From a virus (lineage: Duplodnaviria > Caudoviricetes), in the IMG/VR virus record IMGVR_UViG_3300032007_000001: a DNA stretch of 64,000 nt; one strand, given 5' to 3'. The notes under the pieces are model-generated. The model was not told where the DNA came from, made no database searches, and was given only the letters and a program-made list of their open reading frames with translations. Below, piece by piece: positions 26,549-34,983 of this stretch (within the stretch, counting starts at the first letter, position 1; each line of letters begins with the position of its first letter). The position numbers were made by a program, and so were the translations under genes.

Positions 26549-29500
26549 TTATTTTTTTATACTTGGTCTTCCTTTTATTCTATACAAATCACCGTATTGC
26601 GGGTCCAATTTCGTTATAACGCTAGTGTTTGTATTTATATTTCCAATAACAAACATGAATATTTCACCTTTTTCATCTGCTACTGGACAATATGCTCCAA
26701 TATACTTTTTAATTGGAGTTGTGGTATCATTAAAGTATAAATTAAAATCTACATTCTCAAATGATATGTTCCCATCTTGGAAATAATTGCTATTTTTAGT
26801 AAGAATATATTCGTTTGAAAGACTACATGTCTCTTCATTATTTTTCAACATGAAATCATTCATAAATACAATCTTTTTATTTATATCTTCATTATTCAAG
26901 GTTGTAGTCATATCATTAGTTACGTTTTTAAGAATAATATCTGCATTATCAATTTTATAACTATACACCATACCACCAGGTAAACCATTAATAATATTAG
27001 TTTGAATAGCTTCATTATTTGGTTTCCCTGTACTAAGTGTAGTCATAAAGTATTTCCAGTCTCCAACTCTTGTAACTTTTTTGTTGTTGACTGTCATAAC
27101 ACCTTGATAAGGAACATGTTCGTACCAAATTGACAATAAATCTTCATTTGTCATTTGATAAGAAACCATAATTGGAAGTTGTATCGTTACATCTTTTCTT
27201 GGTTTTGATTCTTCATCAAATATAATCGTAATGAATGGAGAACCAAAAGAATCGTCTGTAATCCTAACTGGCATTGTATTATAAATCTTTTTATTTGTTG
27301 GCATACCGTGTTCATCATAAAAAATTTCACCATTATGATATACGAGAACGGTTTCTTCTTGTCCAACTATTTTTGCTTCATTATTTAATTCGTTGTTTAT
27401 GAATGTATATACACTCTTTAGTACACCACCATGTATTCCACCGTCTTGTGTCATATTCATGCAAGGCAATGTATATACATTATCAACGCCATTTGCTACA
27501 AATTCCAACAATTTACATTTATGCATGTTCGTCATGATTGTTTTGGATTTTAAATCATAATCAAAACTATATCCGGCACACGCAAGTTCAAATGTTATAG
27601 TATCACCAATATTCAATGGATATTTTAAGTATACTTTGAAATTCAAGTCTTCTTCGCCAACAATTGGTGAAGGTGTTTTTGTTATTGATTCAATCCTATT
27701 TGTATGAGAACCAACAATACCCAACACTTTATACCCATATACTTCTATCGGTATTTCATATTGGTTTGTACCATTACCTGAAACGTTATAGTAAATCAAA
27801 CGAGCATAACATTGACTGTGCGTTCTGTATTCATTTGTAAAATCATATGCTTCATCTTCATTACCAAAAACTTTTCTTGGCTTTAAGTATGGAATTTTTC
27901 TTGGATATTTTGAATTAATATCATTGAAAGAAACTTCTTGTTCTATATACAATGGATATTCATAATTTGCCACAGTATCTGCATCCATATCGTATTTAAC
28001 AATCGCAGCACCGTTTATTTTTGTTGGCATGTCTATTCCACCGCAACCTGGAGATAAACATACAACACATTGTATTATAACTCTCTCCAAATCTTGGTTA
28101 TATGGATAGAATATGACGTGATTCGTACCTACACCCTCAACTCTACCATACGTTATATTGCTTAATTTATTCCCATCCATATCGTAAATTTCCGTTATGC
28201 TTTCAACGTATTTATCTTCATTTAGATTAATTTCAAAAGTTGCAAGGTTTTCTTCTTCATTTTTATTTATATAGAAAATTGTATCTTTTTGTGTGAAAGC
28301 ATTGTCGCTGTAGTTATTTACGATAGAATTGAATCCCGGCATCAACAAAGTATTATAATTGCTAAAGTCTTTTGGTATCATTGGCCAGAATTTATTAACA
28401 ACGTATGTATATCCAGTACCAGAACCCATGATTAATTCATAATTGTTATTGAATGCAACAAAATTGTCTATAATGAATCCTGGACTATATTGATTCATTG
28501 AATCTCCAATTTTAAGTCTAGCTGCTTTCAAATAACATCTTGAATAATCTGCCTGTGCTACTAATTTCGTATTTATATAAACGTAAATTTGTCCAACAAC
28601 TGGTGAAGGCTCATTACACCAAGAAATACGAATATGATAGTATCTTCCAGAAATAATTAATTTATCTGAAAGATTTACAATTGCTTTATTTTCAATATAA
28701 TTATCATTGCTAATTTCATAATTATATTGAGATAGAATCAATTTATTCTTTAATTTTTGTAATTTAATGATTGGAGAATTGCTTTCATTTACAAGAGACA
28801 ACATAACTTGACTATAATCGTCACAACCGTTCCAATTGCTCTTCATATAGAAGTCAATTGTCCCTTTTTCTTCTGTAAGCAAGTCAGTTACATTGTATGA
28901 TAATTCTTTATTATCATCTATAATTGCGCCAAGATGATTCAAGGAATTATCGAATTTTATAGCCGCGTCATATACCAATGGTCTGCTAGCATCATATGTT
29001 GGAATTAACTGGTTAATAGTACCATCGAATGGTATCATTAATTTACATGAACCAATTTCTCCAAAATTGAATAATCTATTGCCAATTTGTACTCTTCTCT
29101 GAATTGGCGTTCCGTTTGTTGTTAAATTATTATTGATTAAATCTTTGAATGTATTATCACACAATACTTCATAATCAAATCCAGATAATGATACTGTTTT
29201 TCTTAAATCAATTACATCATTTTCTGATATAACATCATATGCTAATCTATCTGTTCTAAAATAATTCTTTATATCACCATTTTTGGAAGAATCGTTATTG
29301 ACCAACATATCATTATAAGAATCAGAACCATTATAATTTTCAAAATTATACTTTGATAAATTTCTTCTTCTTATCCTAAACATTGGCAATGCAAATACAT
29401 ATTTACCGAATAAAGAAGTTGATTTTATTTCAAAATCTTTTCTCCCGGCAACATATAAATTCTTATCGTGGTTAAATGATTCTTCTAAAAATAATTCATT

Positions 29501-30178
29501 TGTTGCTTCGCAAAACACGAGATTTACATTCGGTTCTACACCAAATTGACCATTGGCTTTTGCGAAAACAGAAGAATAATGTAATATATCATTATATCCT
29601 AAGCCTTCTGGATATTCATTAAAATTACATTCATTCTTTACTCTTACATCCCAACACATTGTTATGCGACGAGATGTTTCATCATTTACTCTATCATCGA
29701 ATGCTAATTGACCTAAACTCTCACCATCAACATATCCATTTTTATTTGTATCTTCTATACCTTTTTTGCTTTCAAACCAAACTTCAAGATACACCAAACT
29801 ATCATACGTTGAATCTTCAGTAGGATTACCAAGGTCAATCAATATATAATTATCAATTTTATTGTATGTAAAATTACCACTAGCAACCAATGGATAACCA
29901 TTTATGACGCATTGAAACGGTGCTATTGCAATTTGATTTTTTAATATCAAACCGTTAGCACTCGGGCGGAAAATCATTTTTTCGCCTTTGAAATTTGGGT
30001 CAACCAAATATGTAAATCCACTTGGAATTGCTTCTCTAAGCATTGATGTTCTAGCATTTTCTTGAATCTGTTGCAATTCATTCAGTTCGACTTCAAGTAG
30101 TGGGCGGTCATGACCGAATTTAACAGACGTATAGCTAGATTTTTCATTATAATTGGAGTGTCTATCAAAATGTTCCAA
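26549..30178 (-). CDS. Large virion baseplate/tail-fibre protein with LamG-like domain
   Basis: N-terminal RPLLEVELNELQ, VYLEVWF, ETSRR, ALPMFRIRR, VIDLRK shared with 34984..36972; central GTIDFY..W..YHI..SW..YIN..LKIG..IDN LamG-like pattern. Confidence 0.65.
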   Translation of the reverse strand: MEHFDRHSNYNEKSSYTSVKFGHDRPLLEVELNELQQIQENARTSMLREAIPSGFTYLVDPNFKGEKMIFRPSANGLILKNQIAIAPFQCVINGYPLVASGNFTYNKIDNYILIDLGNPTEDSTYDSLVYLEVWFESKKGIEDTNKNGYVDGESLGQLAFDDRVNDETSRRITMCWDVRVKNECNFNEYPEGLGYNDILHYSSVFAKANGQFGVEPNVNLVFCEATNELFLEESFNHDKNLYVAGRKDFEIKSTSLFGKYVFALPMFRIRRRNLSKYNFENYNGSDSYNDMLVNNDSSKNGDIKNYFRTDRLAYDVISENDVIDLRKTVSLSGFDYEVLCDNTFKDLINNNLTTNGTPIQRRVQIGNRLFNFGEIGSCKLMIPFDGTINQLIPTYDASRPLVYDAAIKFDNSLNHLGAIIDDNKELSYNVTDLLTEEKGTIDFYMKSNWNGCDDYSQVMLSLVNESNSPIIKLQKLKNKLILSQYNYEISNDNYIENKAIVNLSDKLIISGRYYHIRISWCNEPSPVVGQIYVYINTKLVAQADYSRCYLKAARLKIGDSMNQYSPGFIIDNFVAFNNNYELIMGSGTGYTYVVNKFWPMIPKDFSNYNTLLMPGFNSIVNNYSDNAFTQKDTIFYINKNEEENLATFEINLNEDKYVESITEIYDMDGNKLSNITYGRVEGVGTNHVIFYPYNQDLERVIIQCVVCLSPGCGGIDMPTKINGAAIVKYDMDADTVANYEYPLYIEQEVSFNDINSKYPRKIPYLKPRKVFGNEDEAYDFTNEYRTHSQCYARLIYYNVSGNGTNQYEIPIEVYGYKVLGIVGSHTNRIESITKTPSPIVGEEDLNFKVYLKYPLNIGDTITFELACAGYSFDYDLKSKTIMTNMHKCKLLEFVANGVDNVYTLPCMNMTQDGGIHGGVLKSVYTFINNELNNEAKIVGQEETVLVYHNGEIFYDEHGMPTNKKIYNTMPVRITDDSFGSPFITIIFDEESKPRKDVTIQLPIMVSYQMTNEDLLSIWYEHVPYQGVMTVNNKKVTRVGDWKYFMTTLSTGKPNNEAIQTNIINGLPGGMVYSYKIDNADIILKNVTNDMTTTLNNEDINKKIVFMNDFMLKNNEETCSLSNEYILTKNSNYFQDGNISFENVDFNLYFNDTTTPIKKYIGAYCPVADEKGEIFMFVIGNINTNTSVITKLDPQYGDLYRIKGRPSIKK

Positions 30179-30270
30179 AACACATTACCTCCTTTTATAA
30201 AAATAAACTAATTGTATTTTATTTAATTTATAGAAGAACGAAATAAATAAAATAATTTCGGGGTGTAAAT

Positions 30271-30609
30271 ATGAAACATTTGATTAAAAAAGCAAATTAT
30301 GATATAGTTGATAAAATTCTTGAATATGCAAAAAAACGTAATTTAACGATTCAAGAAAATGAAGATAACTATATTATATGTGGTTCAATCGCACTAACAT
30401 TTATGGGAATTGAAGTAATAAATACAGATATGGAATCAATTGATTCCAATGATTTTTCTATTTCAATTATTATAGAAAAAAATCAAACTGATGTAAAAAA
30501 AGGTTTATTAAAATTAAAAAATGGTAAATTTAATTTTGAAAAAGAAATAGCATTGGTTTATATTTTAAGATTACTAAGTACTAAAGACATAGAATCAATT
30601 GGATTGTGA
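30271..30609 (+). CDS. Hypothetical protein with MKHLIKKA N-terminus
   Basis: GGGGTG RBS. Confidence 0.75.
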   Translation: MKHLIKKANYDIVDKILEYAKKRNLTIQENEDNYIICGSIALTFMGIEVINTDMESIDSNDFSISIIIEKNQTDVKKGLLKLKNGKFNFEKEIALVYILRLLSTKDIESIGL

Positions 30610-30618
30610 GGTAAAAAT

Positions 30619-30942
30619 ATGGAAATTTATTATGGGATTACAGACTTTAATGATGTTAAAATAACTAAACTTATTTTAGACGAATGTACAAATGGAATAT
30701 ATTACATTATAAAAACAGAAAATGATGAACCATTACAAAAATATAATTTGTGGAAAAAAGAGTTAATTTCAGCAGAAAATTTTGATAAGTTGTTTACAGA
30801 TACACATTGTATTTTTTCTCATGATAAAAAATTAATAAAAATGAGATTAACTGATGAAATTAACAAACAACTTGAAGAATTAGATAAAAAAACAAAACAC
30901 TTAAAAACATTGAAGAAAAAAGTAAAAGATGCTACAAAATAG
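30619..30942 (+). CDS. Hypothetical protein (intact paralog of the IS-disrupted gene)
   Basis: MEIYYGITDF..., HCIFS..KKLIK; terminator at 30924-30954. Confidence 0.8.
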   Translation: MEIYYGITDFNDVKITKLILDECTNGIYYIIKTENDEPLQKYNLWKKELISAENFDKLFTDTHCIFSHDKKLIKMRLTDEINKQLEELDKKTKHLKTLKKKVKDATK

Positions 30943-30955
30943 TAGCATCTTTTTA

Positions 30956-30984
30956 TTTACATATCATATGTTTTATGTTAAAAT
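30956..30984 (+). promoter_or_regulatory. Sigma70-like early promoter
   Basis: TTTACA-N17-TAAAAT. Confidence 0.7.
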
Positions 30985-31127
30985 AAAAAAGAGGTGATAA
31001 TATGAAAATATATTATGGAATAACTGATTTTCATAAAGTAATTATAAAAGAACTTATAATTGAACCTTATAAAAATTAAAAATATAAAATTATAATATAA
31101 TATATTATAAAAATAAGAGGTGATAAA

Positions 31128-31727
31128 ATGTTAGCAAAAGATGTGTTAAGAGTATTAGGTATTACAAGAGCTACTTTAACAAAATATGTAAAAACTGGAA
31201 TCATAAAAGTAAATGTTTTGCCTAATAAAAGATACGACTATAATGAAGAAGATGTTTATAAATTTTTAAATAAAGATATAAAAAGAAAAACAATTATATA
31301 TGCTAGAGTATCTACTCAAAAACAAAAAAATGATTTAGAAAATCAAATTAATTTACTCAAACAATTTTGTTTTTCAAATGGTTATACGATTTCTGGAATT
31401 TATCAGGATATAGCTAGTGGAATATCTTTTGAAAAAAGAAAAGATTTTTTTAATCTTTTAGATGAAGTTATAAGCGGAAAAGTAGAAAGAATAGTAATTA
31501 CTTATAAAGATAGACTTTCAAGAATTGGATTTGATTTATTTCATCATTTATTCCAAAAATATAATTGCGAAATAATAGTAATGAGTGAAATTGGAAATAA
31601 TAAATTAGATTCTCAAGAAATATTTGAAGAAATTGTTAATCTTTTGCGTTGTTATTCTATGAAATTATATTCCAATAGAAGATGCTTAAATAAAATTAAA
31701 GAAGCAATAGAAGATGATAACGAATGA
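31128..31727 (+). CDS. tnpA: IS607 TnpA serine recombinase
   Basis: N-terminal MerR-like HTH, IYARVST, DLENQ, DIASG, YKDRLSRIGF. Confidence 0.95.
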   Translation: MLAKDVLRVLGITRATLTKYVKTGIIKVNVLPNKRYDYNEEDVYKFLNKDIKRKTIIYARVSTQKQKNDLENQINLLKQFCFSNGYTISGIYQDIASGISFEKRKDFFNLLDEVISGKVERIVITYKDRLSRIGFDLFHHLFQKYNCEIIVMSEIGNNKLDSQEIFEEIVNLLRCYSMKLYSNRRCLNKIKEAIEDDNE

Positions 31728-32947
31728 TAAAAGTAGAAAAACATATAATAAAACAATCTAATAAACATTTTAAATTAATAAAACATTTTTGTTGGTTATC
31801 TAAAAATCTTTATAATCATGCTAATTTTTTGATACGAGAAGAATTTATAAAAAATGGTAAGTGGTTAAGATATCAAGAATTGGATAAGATATTAAAAAAC
31901 GACTCAGAATATCCAGATTATAAAAATATGCCAACAAGCCAATCTGCTCAACAAATATTAAGATTATTAGATAAAAATTGGATTTCATTTTTTAAGTCTA
32001 TAAAAGATTGGAAACTACATAAAGATAAGTATTTAGGAAGACCAAAGCTTCCAAAATATAAAAAGAAAAATGGATTGTGTTGTTTGACAATAACAAATCA
32101 AGAATGTAGAATAAAAGATAAAAAAATAACATTTCATAAATCTTTTAACGGTTTTTATCTTTTCCCTCAATTTATAAATAAACAATATGAAAAATTTAGA
32201 CAAGTAAGATTTATACCAGACGGAGTAAATATAATAACTGAAATTATATATGAAACTAAAGATGTTAATTTTAAGAAAGATAATAAAAAATATGCTTCTA
32301 TAGATATTGGAGTAGATAATTTAGCAACATTAACAACGAATGTAAATAATATGCCAATTATAATTAATGGAAAACCATTAAAGTCAATTAATCAATACTA
32401 TAATAAAAAATTAGCATATGTGAAAAAAGTATGCAAACAAATGAATAATAAACATTCTTCTAAAAGAATACAAAAATTAACTAACAAAAGAAATTGGAAA
32501 ACAAATGATTATATGCACAAAGCGAGTAGAAAAATAGTAAATGAATGTATAAAAAATGATATAACTACATTAGTAATTGGGCATAATAAAGAATGGAAAA
32601 ATAAATGTAAATTGTCAAAAAAAGTAAATCAGAATTTTATTATGATTCCATTTAATAATCTTATTCAAAAAATACAGTACAAAGCAAAAGAAGAAGGTAT
32701 AACGGTCATCTTAACTGAAGAAAGTTATACGAGCGGTACATCTTTTTTGGATAATGAATTACCTATTAAAGAGAATTATGATAAAAAAAGAAGAATAAAA
32801 AGAGGATTATTTAAGTCTAACAAAAATAAATTGATTAATGCAGATGTAAATGCTTCTTTTCAAATTCTTAAGAAAGTAGTTCCAAATGCTTATAGCTATG
32901 GAATAGAGGATGTTGTGGTACATCCATTTGTAGTAAATGTAGCTTAA
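31724..32947 (+). CDS. tnpB: TnpB RNA-guided endonuclease
   Basis: RuvC motifs SIDIGVDN, TEESYTS, NADVNAS; ATGA overlap with tnpA. Confidence 0.95.
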   Translation: MIKVEKHIIKQSNKHFKLIKHFCWLSKNLYNHANFLIREEFIKNGKWLRYQELDKILKNDSEYPDYKNMPTSQSAQQILRLLDKNWISFFKSIKDWKLHKDKYLGRPKLPKYKKKNGLCCLTITNQECRIKDKKITFHKSFNGFYLFPQFINKQYEKFRQVRFIPDGVNIITEIIYETKDVNFKKDNKKYASIDIGVDNLATLTTNVNNMPIIINGKPLKSINQYYNKKLAYVKKVCKQMNNKHSSKRIQKLTNKRNWKTNDYMHKASRKIVNECIKNDITTLVIGHNKEWKNKCKLSKKVNQNFIMIPFNNLIQKIQYKAKEEGITVILTEESYTSGTSFLDNELPIKENYDKKRRIKRGLFKSNKNKLINADVNASFQILKKVVPNAYSYGIEDVVVHPFVVNVA

Positions 32948-33038
32948 TGCTACATTGAACAACAAAAGAAAATATAATTTTTAATTTCTTAAATTAATTT
33001 TAATATTTTCTATATCATAAAAATAATATATACAAAAT
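32880..33038 (+). ncRNA. Putative TnpB omega/reRNA scaffold plus flanking guide
   Basis: Hairpins GGATG/CATCC and AATGTAGC/GCTACATT over the tnpB 3' end and right end; extent inferred from known TnpB biology. Confidence 0.45.
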
Positions 33039-33265
33039 TATAAAATCAACCGATGATACACCATTAAACTAATGCGGAATTCTTAACAAGCGTGTATCAG
33101 AAGAAGAATTTGATAAATTTTATGCTGACGTACATTGCATTTTTTCAAAAAACAAAAAACTTATTAAAGATAAACTAAAAGAAGCATTTGATAAAGAAAT
33201 AGATAAATTAGAAAAACAATTAAAAGAATTAAAGAAAGTAAAAGAGACTATCAAATGATAGTCTC

Positions 33266-33757
33266 TTATTTTTTATTTTGTTCTTCTAATTTTTCTTCTA
33301 ATGCATTTTTTACTTCTTCGAATTTTTTCCATCCACCGTATTGAACAACATTTCCATTTTCTAAAACCAGCGTTGTTGACAAAATATCCTTAAAATCAAG
33401 AAATCTATCATAATCTCTTATTTGAATATCAAAATTTTTGGAATTAACATTTCCATTATTATCAATTTCAACTGTTAAAATTGCAACGCAAAATTTTTTA
33501 CCTTCTTTTTCTATTTTTCTAAACGTATGAATTTCTGTTAAATAGATTAGTGGATTAAAAATAACGTCATCATTTGTTTTTTGATATCCAAATTCTCCAG
33601 CAACGCCAACGTTATCAACCTTGTCAAAATTGTTTATTCTTTTCCATTCTTTTTCATTAAATAAATATGGTGCCCTCGTTTTTATTAATCTTTCTACAGT
33701 ATCATTGGATAAAATAGAAATTGATGGCGATAAGGCTTTTTTAATTAAATGTGTCAT
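33266..33757 (-). CDS. Hypothetical protein, paralog of 8081..8668
   Basis: MTHLIKKALSP, LFNEK, GEFGYQKTNDD, PLIYLTEIHTFR. Confidence 0.85.
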   Translation of the reverse strand: MTHLIKKALSPSISILSNDTVERLIKTRAPYLFNEKEWKRINNFDKVDNVGVAGEFGYQKTNDDVIFNPLIYLTEIHTFRKIEKEGKKFCVAILTVEIDNNGNVNSKNFDIQIRDYDRFLDFKDILSTTLVLENGNVVQYGGWKKFEEVKNALEEKLEEQNKK

Positions 33758-33762
33758 GTTAT

Positions 33763-34203
33763 TTACCTTATATTCAAATTATATTTTTTATTCCATTCGT
33801 TATATAAATTTTTTTTATACCAAATCGTAACAACTTTATAATAAATTAAATGATGTTCGTCTTCTGTATCATTTTCAGAATATATATAAATTGCTATATG
33901 ATTTTCATTTTCCTCAATGAATTTTACTCCAGGTTTTCCTTTTTTCATTTTTATAGATAAAATTTTAGAAATATTGTTTTCATTAATTTCATCTTTACTT
34001 AAAATAGTATGTCCATTTACATTTATATATAAAAACCAAATTCCACACATTGACATAAAATCATTGCGAGAAGAATCATCGCTTACAATCAATACATCTT
34101 TATCTACATTTTTTGAAATATAAAAAAACAAATCTAATACTGCCTTTGTCATTTCTTTTTTATATATATTTAAGTTTTTTATTATTTCATTATCTTTTTT
34201 CAT
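33763..34203 (-). CDS. Hypothetical protein, paralog of 8682..9104
   Basis: Shared motifs; GAGGTG RBS; promoter TTTACA-N17-TAAAAT at 34224-34252. Confidence 0.8.
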   Translation of the reverse strand: MKKDNEIIKNLNIYKKEMTKAVLDLFFYISKNVDKDVLIVSDDSSRNDFMSMCGIWFLYINVNGHTILSKDEINENNISKILSIKMKKGKPGVKFIEENENHIAIYIYSENDTEDEHHLIYYKVVTIWYKKNLYNEWNKKYNLNIR

Positions 34204-34318
34204 CTATCTCACCTCTTTATCATATTTTATCATAAAAATAAAGAAATGTAAATAGCTTTTATTCTTTTTATAAAAAAAGAAGAGTAATAAAAACTCTTCT
34301 TTTTAATGTAAATTAATT

Positions 34319-34969
34319 TTAGAATGTTAACTTCCATCTGACGGAGATCCTGTGGTTATTGCCCTTACTAATTACAGGAAAGCGTTTGCAATTAAACATA
34401 ATCCCGCTATCTTTACCTGCGCCATTATTCCAATCAGCCTGTGCATCTCCTCCGAAAATTCCTATCTCGCTCAATGGAGCGCACGCTTCATTTTCATAGA
34501 ACGTTGTATCTAAAAGTAATACATTTGTTACTGTGTCTGTTTCGCTTTCATCTGGAGCTTGGAAACACCAACTTGTAAAACGTTTGCGATAAATTTCTCC
34601 AATTAATTTCGTTTCATCCAATGTTGGTTCTGGAGGATTAAGAATATCATAATTTGCAGTATCAACTGGATTTGTAATAGCATCGTATGGAGAATTTGGG
34701 TCCTGAAGAATACCAACACCAAGAGCTACACAAACCAACCCATTATCAAACCAGTTTCCAGCAAAAGCTTCGTCAGTACCACCAGTAATAGAACCAGGTG
34801 CCATACGACCTGCCATAAGAGTTGAAGCTGTATCTACAATTAAATTATGGTCTTGAATTTTATTTACAATTTCTCCGCCGACAATCTTACCATGAACAAG
34901 TTCTCCACCAATATGTTGATAAATAGCAAGTTCGCCGTGAATAGGCTTAAATGTTTCAGAAAAAATCAA
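34319..34969 (-). CDS. Tail collar / fibre-attachment baseplate protein
   Basis: NLIVD, ALGVG, L.GEIYRK, EA...L.EIGIFGG, FPVI.K.....VRWKLTF pattern; tail operon context. Confidence 0.6.
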   Translation of the reverse strand: MIFSETFKPIHGELAIYQHIGGELVHGKIVGGEIVNKIQDHNLIVDTASTLMAGRMAPGSITGGTDEAFAGNWFDNGLVCVALGVGILQDPNSPYDAITNPVDTANYDILNPPEPTLDETKLIGEIYRKRFTSWCFQAPDESETDTVTNVLLLDTTFYENEACAPLSEIGIFGGDAQADWNNGAGKDSGIMFNCKRFPVISKGNNHRISVRWKLTF

Positions 34970-34983
34970 TGTTATCTCTCCTT

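Larger units (their letters stand above)
31071..33018 (+). mobile_element. IS607-family element (TnpA serine recombinase + TnpB)
   Basis: Boundaries from reconstructing the split gene (..CCTTAT | AAAAATAAT..); junction ambiguous within shared ATAAAAAT. Confidence 0.85.
31002..33258 (+). pseudogene. Paralog of 30619..30942 split by IS607 and carrying an in-frame TAA
   Basis: 5' part MKIYYGITDFHKVIIKELIIEPY; 3' part KNNIYKIIKSTDDTPLN*CGILNKRVSEEEFDKFYADVHCIFSKNKKLIK...TIK*. Confidence 0.85.

Noticed and set aside
31071-31127. IStron (group I intron plus IS607)
   Set aside because: Only ~57 bp lie between the junction and tnpA, with no intron core; the host gene also has a stop
31069-33024. 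ATAAAAAT as an 8-bp target-site duplication
   Set aside because: IS607 elements do not normally create TSDs; treated as junction ambiguity in very AT-rich DNA
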